Assembly (NCBI GenBank): GCA_050012475.1
Contig: JBEKHC010000004.1
Span: 1 to 64,000, forward strand
Length of the DNA: 64,000 nt
Direction of reading: 5' to 3'
DNA from: Candidatus Velthaea sp.
Lineage (GTDB): Bacteria > Vulcanimicrobiota > Vulcanimicrobiia > Vulcanimicrobiales > Vulcanimicrobiaceae
A model generated the notes under the pieces. That model was not told the origin of the DNA and made no database searches. It saw nothing but the letters and a program-made list of their open reading frames with translations. This document shows, piece by piece, positions 1-9,875 of the stretch. Numbering within the stretch: the stretch's first letter is position 1; every line of letters begins with the position of its first letter. Both the position numbers and the translations under genes were made by a program.

Positions 1-539
1 CCAAACACGCGCCGCGGCGCGGCACGGGGGACGGGGACGTCAGAAGGTCGGTCTTACTCTGAGCTGCGGTCCCCCAGGCGGAGGTCCAGGGTACCTGTGG
101 AAAATGGCAGTTAAGGGTTAGCTCCGGTATTCCGGCCGCACGCGAACGTGGTGCCCTGTCGCCGGCACCCAAAGGCCGGCCTCGCCGCGGCCCTTAGCGT
201 GCTCGCCAATCGCTTCGAGCCGGCAGTCTTACGTCGCTGGACGATGGGCGAGGACTACCTGCGACTGTTGGCCAGCTTCGAGGTCGCGCTGCCACTCGAG
301 CGCCCCTCTGGACTCGTTGAGCCAGCATTGGCGCTCAAGATTCTGAGTCTGTCGGAGGACCATCGGCGAGATCTCAGCGCTTCTCTATCGTGCCGCGCTA
401 GATTCGATCGAGAGCAACACCGAGCAGATTACGAGTGCTTCGCTCGATCGTTGCGGGTACGTCGCACCATCCGAACGACGACGTGCCGCAATTCATGCAT
501 ATTGACTCGGGCGAGGTCCGATGGGGCGACCCCGTCCGG

Positions 540-1031
540 GTGGCAAGAAATCGGCTGTGGCCAGCTAGCGCAGCCTCTGCGTGGGCGCGCGCTGCCTCGA
601 CAAAATTCGCGACTGAGCGCAGCAAGTCGTGCGCGCATATGTGCGCGATCTGACGGTTCACGCATGGCGTCGAACAGCGAGTCGACCGTGCCGAACGTTT
701 CATAATGTCCAGGGCGAAACGATTGTCGAGCGACTGCTTTTCGACGGCGAGCGCACGGGCGGATTCGAAGGACGGACTATTACCCTTGGGTGACCAGATG
801 AGGGCCACGGCAAAGGTGGGATAGAGTTCAGTCATCGATTGCAAAGACAACGTGGCGACGACGCGGCGTTCGACCGGCGTCCGGCAGTCCGCAGATATGC
901 AGACCGGCAAAATGAAACACAAGACGCACCGTGCCGTCACCGGCTTGATGCTTGTCAACGAAGGCGGCAAGATAATGCGACGCTTCATGTTCGGGGCAGT
1001 GAACGACACGCCGCTCGCAGATAGTAGTCAT
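540..1031 (-). pseudogene. Probable frameshifted hypothetical gene
   Basis: Protein-like segments in two overlapping minus frames (MTTICERRVVHCPEHEA... and ...ERRVVATL...RQIAHICAHDLLRSVANFVEAA); 3' end approximate. Confidence 0.3.
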
Positions 1032-1215
1032 TGAAGCGTCCAACCATCAGCGTTTTTGACGAAGCGGCCAACAGAGCTTCGATTACGGAATTTCAGACGT
1101 TGAAAGCTCTTCGTTTGTTGGTCAGTAAAAGTCAGTGATCAGAAGGTGGATCAGGCACTTTGTGGCGCGACAATCCACCGGTTCGTGGATCGGGGACAGG
1201 GTATGGATAAATTGT

Positions 1216-1413
1216 TCACCGGTAAGCTCCCTGAAGATGCGGATGCAGCACGAAGGCATGGCTCGAGTCCTTCCCAGCTCGCTTACGGAGTAGAACCCCG
1301 TCTGAATTGTCGCCGACTCGCTCGAACCCCGCGGCAACCGCATCCTCGAGGGATGGGTACAGGAGGAAGCCGTAGCGCGGCACGCCGTAACGAGGCAAAT
1401 CGTAGCTAGTCAT
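1216..1413 (-). CDS. Small hypothetical protein (65 aa)
   Basis: ATG at 1413, MTSYDLPRYG...; divergent from the Crp gene. Confidence 0.3.
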   Translation of the reverse strand: MTSYDLPRYGVPRYGFLLYPSLEDAVAAGFERVGDNSDGVLLRKRAGKDSSHAFVLHPHLQGAYR

Positions 1414-1507
1414 CACCGTAATCCAAGGAAGGGGGGTCTCTGTAAGCATAGCTGCCAAGGAAGGCCGCGTCCGTACGGTTTTACCCAGAGGCGCTTCGGA
1501 GGGACGA

Positions 1508-2242
1508 ATGCACTCCAGTGACGAGCAGTTTCTTTCGCAAAATGCCATTTTCGCGTCGCTCAATGAGCACGAGCGGGGCGTTCTGCGCGCGGATGGGCAC
1601 CTGGCGGAATTCAAGCTCAGACAATCGGTTTACCAACCAGAAGCGACGATTGACGCCGCCTATTTTCCGATCGACTGCGTGTTTTCCGTGGTTACTCATA
1701 TGGAAGACGGAAGTATGGTCGAGGTCGGAACGATCGGACGCGAAGGGACCACGGCGATTCCGCTCATCATGGGCGCCAATACAACGGCAAACGAGAGCTT
1801 CTGTCAGGTCCATGGCCGTGCGTGGAAACTCCCGGCTCAGTCTTTTATCGCGTTGCTCGAAGGGAGTCCAGACTTTCGTGCAGCGATGAACCGCTACTTA
1901 CAGGCTTACGTCAACATGTTGGGTCAAATGGCAGCCTGCAACGGCTTGCATAGCGTGCTCGAACGATGCGCGCGCTGGCTGTTGATGACTCAGGATCGCG
2001 TCGGTGGGAGCGACTTTCCGATGACCCACGAATTTCTTGCTGCGATGCTCGGCAGTCGTCGCTCCGGCGTCACCGTTGCAGCCGCGACGCTGCAAGGCGC
2101 CGGATACATTCGCTACGCACACGGGCAAGTGACAATAACTGACCGAGCCGGTCTCGAAGCGACGGCGTGTGAGTGCTATCAGGTTGCGCAACAGCAGTTT
2201 AACAGTCTATTGCAGTTGCGCGCGACCTCCGCGCCCCCTTAG
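1508..2242 (+). CDS. Crp/Fnr family transcriptional regulator
   Basis: cNMP-binding-like N-terminus (VEVGTIGREG) and C-terminal HTH (THEFLAAMLGSRRSGVTVAA). Confidence 0.92.
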   Translation: MHSSDEQFLSQNAIFASLNEHERGVLRADGHLAEFKLRQSVYQPEATIDAAYFPIDCVFSVVTHMEDGSMVEVGTIGREGTTAIPLIMGANTTANESFCQVHGRAWKLPAQSFIALLEGSPDFRAAMNRYLQAYVNMLGQMAACNGLHSVLERCARWLLMTQDRVGGSDFPMTHEFLAAMLGSRRSGVTVAAATLQGAGYIRYAHGQVTITDRAGLEATACECYQVAQQQFNSLLQLRATSAPP

Positions 2243-2586
2243 TTGCGTCTTTTTCTCCGCTAGTCGGCTAGTCGGCGCCGCCCCCCACAAATTTGCCTAT
2301 GGGAGGTCGTCGCGAGCCTGCTGCCTCTTTGCGCTATCTTACTTGCTATGTAAGGTAAGCGATGGAGGGTGGCTGGGTTGGTCCCGGAAAAACCGCCCCG
2401 TCACACATCACCGTGCCAGGGTCGGGGGTGTCGTTACCCTGCTCTGGTACGCCGTCCCCTCTCCGATGCGTTTTGCGCCTCAGCGCCGCTTTATGGGTCC
2501 ACTTGCATCTTCTTCTCCGTAGAGTTGCATTCTCTTCGCGGTAGTTGCATCCACTTCTCAATCTCACAGCACGGGTAAAGAGCAGC

Positions 2587-3534
2587 ATGGCGAACAGCGA
2601 AACGGTCAAGATCGCGGTCCTCGACGATTATCAAGGCGTCGCGCTCCAACTGGCGGACTGGTCGCCGCTCGACGGCCGCGCCGATGTGTTCGTCTTCCGC
2701 GATCATCTCAGCGATTCCGATGCGGTCGCAGCGCGGCTCGCACCCTTCGATGTCGTGTGCGTGATGCGCGAACGCACGCCGCTCACGCGCGCGGTCATCG
2801 AACGGCTGCCGCGACTGCGGCTGATCGCGTCGACCGGCGCGGCAAACGCCTCGATCGATCTGGCCGCGGCGCGCGAGCGCGGGATCGCCGTCGCGCACAC
2901 CGGATACACCTCGCACGGTGCGATCGAACTCACCTGGGCGCTCCTGCTCGCGGCGGTCCGCTCGATCCCCGCAGAAGTCAATTCGGTGCGCGACGGTGGT
3001 TGGCAAGTTGCCGTCGGCGGCGACCTCTGTGGCCGCACGCTGGGACTGCTCGGCTTGGGCCGCATCGGTTCGGCGGTGGCGCGCATCGGCCGCGCATTCG
3101 AAATGGACGTCGTCGCTTGGAGCGCCAACCTCACGCCCGAACGGGCTGCTGAAGCCGGAGCACGGCTGGTCAGCAAAGCGTCGGTTTTCCGCTCGGCGGA
3201 CGTCGTTTCACTGCACTTGGTGCTCGGTGAGCGCACGCGCGGGATCGTCGGCGCAACGGAACTCGCGCAGATGAAGCCGTCGGCGTGGCTGGTGAATACC
3301 TCGCGCGGACCGCTCGTCGACGAGTTGGCCCTCATCGAGACGCTGCGCGCCAAGCGCATCGCCGGGGCCGCGCTCGACGTCTTCGCGACCGAACCGCTGC
3401 CGCCCGATCATCCGCTGCGGACGCTTCCCAATGTCGTGGCGACGCCGCACATCGGTTTCGTCACCCGCCAAACGTACGAGACGTTCTATCGCGACACCGT
3501 GGGTAACATCATCGCCTGGCTCGACGCGCGTTAG
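2587..3534 (+). CDS. D-2-hydroxyacid dehydrogenase family protein
   Basis: GLLGLGRIG Rossmann motif, NTSRGPLVDE, AALDVF.EP, TPHIG. Confidence 0.92.
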   Translation: MANSETVKIAVLDDYQGVALQLADWSPLDGRADVFVFRDHLSDSDAVAARLAPFDVVCVMRERTPLTRAVIERLPRLRLIASTGAANASIDLAAARERGIAVAHTGYTSHGAIELTWALLLAAVRSIPAEVNSVRDGGWQVAVGGDLCGRTLGLLGLGRIGSAVARIGRAFEMDVVAWSANLTPERAAEAGARLVSKASVFRSADVVSLHLVLGERTRGIVGATELAQMKPSAWLVNTSRGPLVDELALIETLRAKRIAGAALDVFATEPLPPDHPLRTLPNVVATPHIGFVTRQTYETFYRDTVGNIIAWLDAR

Positions 3535-3613
3535 TTGGGAAAACCACCCGTGGCCGCGCGTCAAGGCGTACGGCGCGGCAGTGCGATAAACCGCGCGCGC
3601 CGAAGCGCCGCGC

Positions 3614-4394
3614 ATGGATCTCGGCATTGCGGGAAAACGCGCGATCGTGTGCGCGGCGAGCAAAGGGCTGGGACGCGGCTGCGCCTTGGCGCTCGCGCGC
3701 GAAGGCGTGCTCGTTAGGTATCCGCCCGGACGCAAAGCGCGATCGAGGCCGCGGCGCGCACGATCGAAACCGAGACCGGCAGAGCGGTGTTAGCTGTCGC
3801 CGCCGACGTCACGACGTCAAATGGGCGCGCGGATCTGCTGGCGGCGTGCCCCGAACCCGATATTGTTGTAACCAACGTCGGCGGTGAGGCGCCCGGCAGC
3901 TTTCGTCAGTGGACGCGCGACGACTGGGTCGCCGCACTCGAAGCGAACATGCTCGCGCCGATCGAACTGATCAAGGCGACCGTCGACGGAATGATCGCGC
4001 GAGGCTACGGCCGCATCGTGAACATCACATCGAGTTCGGTCAAAGCGCCGCTGCCGTTTCTCGACCTCACGAAAACGGGGTCCGCAGCGGGCTCACCGGC
4101 TTCATTGCCGGCCTAGCCCGTGACGTAGCGCCGCACGGCGTCACGATCAACAACATCCTACCGGGCGGCTTTGACACCGACCGGCTGCGGACCGTGCTGC
4201 AAAACGTCGCCGAACGCACCGGCACGACCCTCGACGAGCAGATCCGCAAACGGAAGCAGGCCATCCCTGCGCGTCGCCTGGGCGCGGCGGAGGAATTCGG
4301 CGCGCTGTGCGCGTTCATGTGCAGCGCACATGCAGGCTACATCACGGGACAAAACTTGCTCATCGACGGCGGCGTATTTCCCGGCACGCTCTGA
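3614..4394 (+). pseudogene. SDR family oxidoreductase, two frameshifts
   Basis: MDLGIAGKRAIVCAASKGLG (frame of 3614), PDIVVTNVGG..GRIVNITS (3787 ORF), NNILPGGFDT..YITGQNLLIDGG (3909 ORF); shifts near 3720 and 4075. Confidence 0.85.
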
Positions 4395-4517
4395 CGCCCG
4401 ACCGAGCCTGTCGGTGCTCATTAGCCTGGGAAAGTGCAGCCTTAGTCCGGCCGAAGGGTGCGGCAGCGAGCCGAGCCGAGTCCTTGGGATTCCTCCAGCG
4501 AAGCCGAGACAAATCCA

Positions 4518-5162
4518 TTACGGCGAAAGCCGCTCGATGATCCAGTCCCCGCTCGCCGGCGCGCGCCGGTAGAGGATGCGGTCGTGGACGCGGTCGGGCC
4601 GGCCCTGCCAAAACTCGAACCGGTTGGGTTTGACCCGGTAGCCGCCCCAGTACGCCGGCCGCGGAACGTCGCCGGGATAGGTGCGTTCGTATTCGTCCAT
4701 CTTCGTTTCGAGATAGCGGCGATCGGGCACCACGCTGCTCTGATGCGACGCCCAGGCGCTGAGCCGATGCCCGCGCGGACGCTGCGCAAAATAGGCGTCC
4801 GAATCCGCGGCGTCCAACCGTTCGACCGTCCCTTCGATGCGGATCTGCTGCTCCAGCGGCGCCCAATAAAACAGCAGCGCCGCGCGCGGCGTATGCGCGA
4901 TTTCATGTCCCTTTTGGCTTTCGTAGTTGGTGAAGAACGAGAAGCCGCGTTCATCGTAGTCGCGCAGCAAAATGATCCGCGCCGACGGCTGACCGTCGAT
5001 GCCCACCGTTGCCACGGTCATCGCATACGGCTCGAGCAGTTCGGCGGCGAGCGCCGCATCGAACCAGCGTCCGAACTGTACGAGGGGATCGGGCACGACG
5101 GAAGCGGCATCGAGCGCGCCGCGTTCGTAACTCACCCGGGCTTGCGAAAAATCCTTACTCAC
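4518..5162 (-). CDS. pdxH: Pyridoxamine 5'-phosphate oxidase
   Basis: PSARIILLR, FFTNYESQKG, WGGYRV.P..FEFWQGR.DRVHDR. Confidence 0.96.
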   Translation of the reverse strand: MSKDFSQARVSYERGALDAASVVPDPLVQFGRWFDAALAAELLEPYAMTVATVGIDGQPSARIILLRDYDERGFSFFTNYESQKGHEIAHTPRAALLFYWAPLEQQIRIEGTVERLDAADSDAYFAQRPRGHRLSAWASHQSSVVPDRRYLETKMDEYERTYPGDVPRPAYWGGYRVKPNRFEFWQGRPDRVHDRILYRRAPASGDWIIERLSP

Positions 5163-5172
5163 CTTGTTCTCC

Positions 5173-6096
5173 TCACGGAAATCGGCCGAGCGCGAACGCG
5201 CCGACGGTCGCCAAGATCATGATGGTGCCGCCGGCGATGGCGAGCGGAAACGATGCGTCGACCCGCCTCCGCTCCAGCGTCGACGTTCGCGCCAGATCGC
5301 TGAGGTGCTGCGCCAACGCATCGGCGTCGCCGACGCGCGCGTACGCTCCGTTCGCTGCTTGCGCGACGGCGCGCAGCGCCGTTTCGTCGAGGTCCGCTTC
5401 TTCTTCCGTACCCGGGATCAGCAGCCCGCTGCCGCTCGTCCCGATCCCGACAGTGTCGATAATGGTGCCGCTCTGTCCGATCTGCGGCGCGACCACGAGC
5501 GGATCGCTGCCCTGGTTGTTGACGCCGTCGGTCACCAGCACGATCGCGCGGTGACGAACCGGCGGCAGACTCCGCGCAGCGACCGCCAGGGCGTCGCCGA
5601 TCGCGGTCCCGCCGTTGGGGGGCGGCACCCGGTCGAGCGCGGCGCGCACGGCATCTTTGTCGTCGCTGGAGGGCATGACGATCGCCGCGTTCGATGAGAA
5701 CGCCACAATCGAAATGCGCGTTCCGTCGGGCACCGCGTCAATGAACGCCCGTGCGGCGCGCAGCGCGGCGTCGGCGCGCGTCGGCTGCACGTCGGTCGCC
5801 GACATCGAGCCCGACGTGTCGATGCACAGCGCGACGGCGCCGTCGCGCACGGCGACCGGCGCGGTCACGTGCGGGCCGGCGAGCGCGACGCCCAGGCACG
5901 CGACGGCGAACGCCCAAGCCCCCGCGACAAGCGCCGTCCAAGGAATGCGCGAGGCCGCTGCACCTTCCAGAAACGTGAGGTTCGAGTACGTCAGGGCGTC
6001 CGCCGAACGTCGCCGTTCGAGCGCGCGCAGCACGAGCAGCAGCAGCGCGACGACGGCCACCGTACCGACGAGCGCGAGCGGATGCGCGAACGTCAC
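5173..6096 (-). CDS. VWA domain membrane protein (BatA-like)
   Basis: MIDAS motif DTSGSM, GGTAIGDAL, LVTDG; N- and C-terminal TM segments. Confidence 0.9.
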   Translation of the reverse strand: MTFAHPLALVGTVAVVALLLLVLRALERRRSADALTYSNLTFLEGAAASRIPWTALVAGAWAFAVACLGVALAGPHVTAPVAVRDGAVALCIDTSGSMSATDVQPTRADAALRAARAFIDAVPDGTRISIVAFSSNAAIVMPSSDDKDAVRAALDRVPPPNGGTAIGDALAVAARSLPPVRHRAIVLVTDGVNNQGSDPLVVAPQIGQSGTIIDTVGIGTSGSGLLIPGTEEEADLDETALRAVAQAANGAYARVGDADALAQHLSDLARTSTLERRRVDASFPLAIAGGTIMILATVGAFALGRFP

Positions 6097-6914
6097 GGCA
6101 CGCTCCGGGCGAAAGCGGGCGCGCCGCTCAAGCCAAAAGCGCGTTCGAGCGAAGCCCGGCCATTGGCCTCATCGAGTTCGCCGACGCGCCAGCCGGCGTT
6201 GACGAATTGCGCCTGCAGCGCTCGATCGCGCCGAGCGACGGCCTCGACGTACCGCCGGCGTTGGCGCGCGCCGAAATACAGCACGCGCGAGCGGCCGCTC
6301 TCCGCATCGCGGACGCGGCGCAATCCGCGCAGCGGCAGCCCGTCGTGCCACGGATCGCGCGCCAGCAGCACGGTCGCATCGCAGCGCGCGGCGACGCGCA
6401 GCAGCAACTCGGCCGCGCCGGCCGGCAGATCGAAGGCATCGGTCAACGCCAGCAGCGACGCCCCGCGCGGCAGCACATGGGCCGCGAACGTCAGCGTTCG
6501 CAACAGGTCGAACGGCCGCGCCGGGCGCACGTGCAAAGCCGGCCGCGTTCCATTCACGATGCGGTCGTCGACGATTCGCTGCGTGCGGTCATCGCTCTCG
6601 GCAGCGCCGAACCAGGCGCGTAACGCCTCGTCCGCGGCGTCGCTGAGCCGGCGCTTGCGGCCGACGTGCATCGAACCCGAATCGTCGACGAAGGCCGCCA
6701 ACACCAGCGACGTTTCCTCGAGAAACACGCGCGTCTGCAAACCGCCGACCCGGGCGCTGGCCGCCCAGTCGATCCGGCGCGGGTCGTCGCCCTCGACATA
6801 GCCGCGCAACTGGGCGAATTCATAGCCGTCGCCGACGCGCGGCGCGCGCAGGCCGTCACCGCGCCGCCGCGTTCGGCGCGCGCCGCGAACGATCGCCGAA
6901 CGCAAGCCGTTCAT
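6093..6914 (-). CDS. DUF58 domain protein
   Basis: EFAQLRGYVEGDDPRRIDWAASAR, DDSGSM; lies between moxR and VWA genes. Confidence 0.9.
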   Translation of the reverse strand: MNGLRSAIVRGARRTRRRGDGLRAPRVGDGYEFAQLRGYVEGDDPRRIDWAASARVGGLQTRVFLEETSLVLAAFVDDSGSMHVGRKRRLSDAADEALRAWFGAAESDDRTQRIVDDRIVNGTRPALHVRPARPFDLLRTLTFAAHVLPRGASLLALTDAFDLPAGAAELLLRVAARCDATVLLARDPWHDGLPLRGLRRVRDAESGRSRVLYFGARQRRRYVEAVARRDRALQAQFVNAGWRVGELDEANGRASLERAFGLSGAPAFARSVP

Positions 6915-7852
6915 GGTGCGGGCACGCTCGTGATGACGTCGTGCAGCACGCTTTCGGCCGACACGTCGTCGGCGACGAGGCGGTAGTCGAAGGCGAGCCG
7001 ATGCCGCAACACCGCGGGAGCCAAATCGCGCACGTCGTCGGGAGTGACGAAACGCCGGTCGTCAAGATACGCGCGGGCGCGCGTCAGCGCCGCCAGCGCA
7101 AGCGCGGCCCGCGGCGAGGCGCCGTGATCCACGTAGCGCGCGCTGCGCGTGCCGCGGACCAAATCGACGATGTAGTCGCGCACGCGGTCGTCGAGAAACA
7201 CCTCGCGCGCCCCCTGCTGCCAGGCGACGACGTCGTCGAGCGATGCGACGCCGCTGCGCAGATCGACGTCGTGGGTGCCGTAGCGGTTGACGATCTCGCG
7301 CTCTTCGGCCAGCGACGGATAGCCGACGACGACTTTGGCCAAAAACCGGTCGAGCTGCGCGAGCGGGAGCGCGTATGTGCCGTCGCCGTCGAGCGGATTC
7401 ATCGTCGCGAGGACCGCGAAAGGCGCGGGGAAGGCATGTGCCTCGAGGCCGATCGTGGCGCGCCGTTCCTGCATCCCCTCGAGCAGCGCCGACTGCACCT
7501 TCGCCGGGGCCCGGTTGATCTCGTCGGCAAGGACGATGTTGGCGAAGATCGGTCCGCGCACGGTGACGAATTCGCTGCTGCGCTGGTCGAAGATGCGCGT
7601 GCCGACGATGTCGCTGGGCAGCAGGTCGGGGGTGAATTGGATCCGTTTGAACGTGCCGCCGATCGCAGCCGCCAGCGCCCGGCAGGCCAGCGTCTTCGCG
7701 ACGCCCGGTGCGCCTTCGAGCAAAACGTGGCCGCCGGCGATGAGCGCCAAGACCAGCGCTTCGACCGCCCCGGTTTGGCCCACGATCGTCTGCGCGATCG
7801 CGCCGACCACGTCGCGCGGCCGGACGCCCCGGGCGGCATTCACCGTGTCCAT
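6911..7852 (-). CDS. moxR: MoxR family AAA+ ATPase
   Basis: HVLLEGAPGVAKT, RIQFTPDLLPSD, LADEINRAPAKVQSALLE, GASPR; ATG at 7852. Confidence 0.93.
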   Translation of the reverse strand: MDTVNAARGVRPRDVVGAIAQTIVGQTGAVEALVLALIAGGHVLLEGAPGVAKTLACRALAAAIGGTFKRIQFTPDLLPSDIVGTRIFDQRSSEFVTVRGPIFANIVLADEINRAPAKVQSALLEGMQERRATIGLEAHAFPAPFAVLATMNPLDGDGTYALPLAQLDRFLAKVVVGYPSLAEEREIVNRYGTHDVDLRSGVASLDDVVAWQQGAREVFLDDRVRDYIVDLVRGTRSARYVDHGASPRAALALAALTRARAYLDDRRFVTPDDVRDLAPAVLRHRLAFDYRLVADDVSAESVLHDVITSVPAP

Positions 7853-8820
7853 GCGTCTTCGTTCGCGGCGCCGGGCCGGGCATACGCTTGAATTGCCGCC
7901 AGCATCCGATCTCCGGCCGCGGACCGTTCGACGGCCGGTCCGAAGGCTGCCGCTTCGGCCGCCGACAAGGCCGCGCGCAGATCGCGATTGCGTTCGCCGA
8001 CCATGCGCAACGCATCGAACAGCGTCGCCCCCGCGCCGACGCCGCTCAGGCCGAACAAGATGCGGCGGACCTCGGCCAGTGCCGGCGCAGAACGATCGCG
8101 GCGGTAGGCGTCGGCTGCCCGCACGAGCTGCTCGTTCGTCGCTGGCATCACGCTCGCGGGCGCCGGCGCCCCCGCCGGCGCGACGCGGATCGCGGCGACC
8201 TTCGGCCGGCGCCGGCGCCGCACGAAGAGCACGCCGAACACGAACAGCGCGGCAAAGAGACCCCCGACGATCGCGACCGCGACGAGCAGGCGCCGTGCCA
8301 TCGCGCCGACGTTGTCCAGCGCGCCCGCGAGCGGTGCGGCGCCCAGCACGCGCACGCGAATCGCATTCGACGAGAAACGCATGGGCTTGCCCAGCGCCGG
8401 ATCGTCGGCGTCGATGTAGGCCGGACTGATCGTCGCTTCGCCGGGAGCCAGCGCCTGCACGCGCAATCGTTCGACGAAATCGGTTCCGCCGGGCACGGCG
8501 GTGCGGACGGTCTCGTTGCTGATGATCTCGCAGTTGTCGAACGAACCCAAGATCAACTCGTCGAGCCGCTCCCGGCGCTGGGCGATCTTCACGTGTATCG
8601 TGACCGCGAAGACACCGTTGGGTTCGACCGCGGCCCGGTCGGCCTGCTGCGAAAGCGCGATAACGTGCAACCGCGGATACGCCGCCTGCGCGCTCGCCCA
8701 ACCCGGCAGCAGCGCCACGAGGGTCGCGAGAAAACCGGAGACCGCGGCTCGGCGCAAAGCGCCCAACGCCACAGATTCGGCGCAGCCGAATCCTGCCGTC
8801 AGGGCAGCGAGTCGAGCCAC
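7840..8820 (-). CDS. Membrane/secreted protein, BatD-like (start uncertain)
   Basis: Signal-like N-terminus, beta-rich domain, one TM helix; directly upstream of moxR. Confidence 0.6.
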   Translation of the reverse strand: MARLAALTAGFGCAESVALGALRRAAVSGFLATLVALLPGWASAQAAYPRLHVIALSQQADRAAVEPNGVFAVTIHVKIAQRRERLDELILGSFDNCEIISNETVRTAVPGGTDFVERLRVQALAPGEATISPAYIDADDPALGKPMRFSSNAIRVRVLGAAPLAGALDNVGAMARRLLVAVAIVGGLFAALFVFGVLFVRRRRRPKVAAIRVAPAGAPAPASVMPATNEQLVRAADAYRRDRSAPALAEVRRILFGLSGVGAGATLFDALRMVGERNRDLRAALSAAEAAAFGPAVERSAAGDRMLAAIQAYARPGAANEDAWTR

Positions 8821-9875
8821 TGTGCGAACAAATAGCGCGCGTCAAACGGCCCCGGCGAAGCTTCGGGGTGGAATTGCACGCCGCTCACCGGCAGGCTGCG
8901 GTGGCGAAACCCTTCGTTGGTTCCGTCGTTGAGATTGATCATCGTTGCCTCGAGTTCGGGCGGCAGGCTCGCGCCGTCGACGGCATAGCCGTGATTGTGC
9001 GCGGTCACCAGCACGCCCGGTTCGCGCAAATCCTTGACCGGCTGGTTGCCGCCGCGATGGCCGTATTTGAGCTTGTACGTCTGCGCGCCGCACGCCAGGG
9101 CCAGCATCTGATGGCCCAAACAGACGCCGAACATCGGCACTTCGCCCACCAGCGACCGCAGCGTTTCGACCATGCCGGGCAGGTCCTGCGGATCGCCCGG
9201 TCCCGGTGAAACCACGATGCCGTCGGGAGCTTGGGCCGTAATCGCAGCGCGCGTCGTATCGAACGGGAGGACGGTGACGGTTGCGTCGAGCGCTTCGAGT
9301 TCGCGCACGATGGCACGCTTGACGCCGCAGTCGATGAGCACGATGTGCTTGCCGCCGTGAACGAACGTTTGTCCGGTCGCGTAACCGTCGGCCACTGTCG
9401 CGACGAGTCCGGCCGTCGTCGACTCGCGCACGTAGCGCGTCAGCGCGAATTCGGCGCGGGCGATCGCGTCCTCGCCGATCGCCAGCGCCGCGCCCAGCGT
9501 GCCGTGTTCGCGCAGCGCGATGGTCAAAGCGCGCGTATCGATGCCGACGATCGTCGGCACCTCCTGCTCGTCCAGCCACGACCCCAAGGTCAGGTGACTC
9601 GCGTGATGTGACGGATGCTGCGCCAACTGCTTGATCACCGCGCCGGCGACGCACGCCCGCGGGTATTGCGCCACGGCACCCGATACGCCGTAATTGCCGA
9701 TCATCGGATAGGTGAACGTTAGGATCTGACCGGCATACGACGGATCCGTGAGCGCTTCTTCGTAGCCGGTCATCCCGGTAAAAAACACCGCTTCACCCAG
9801 TGCGATGCCCAGCGTCTTCAAGCCCGTTCCGTCGAAGCACGTGCCGTCGGCGAGCAAGAGGCGGGCGGGGTTCAT
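8799..9875 (-). CDS. carA: Carbamoyl-phosphate synthase small subunit
   Basis: GMTGYEEALTDPSYAGQI, SPGPGDP, GVCLGHQ, QFHPEASPGP. Confidence 0.96.
   Translation of the reverse strand: MNPARLLLADGTCFDGTGLKTLGIALGEAVFFTGMTGYEEALTDPSYAGQILTFTYPMIGNYGVSGAVAQYPRACVAGAVIKQLAQHPSHHASHLTLGSWLDEQEVPTIVGIDTRALTIALREHGTLGAALAIGEDAIARAEFALTRYVRESTTAGLVATVADGYATGQTFVHGGKHIVLIDCGVKRAIVRELEALDATVTVLPFDTTRAAITAQAPDGIVVSPGPGDPQDLPGMVETLRSLVGEVPMFGVCLGHQMLALACGAQTYKLKYGHRGGNQPVKDLREPGVLVTAHNHGYAVDGASLPPELEATMINLNDGTNEGFRHRSLPVSGVQFHPEASPGPFDARYLFAQWLDSLP

Noticed and set aside
1..540. ORF 148-705 or an IS end at the window start
   Set aside because: No recognisable motif or partner repeat; left unannotated
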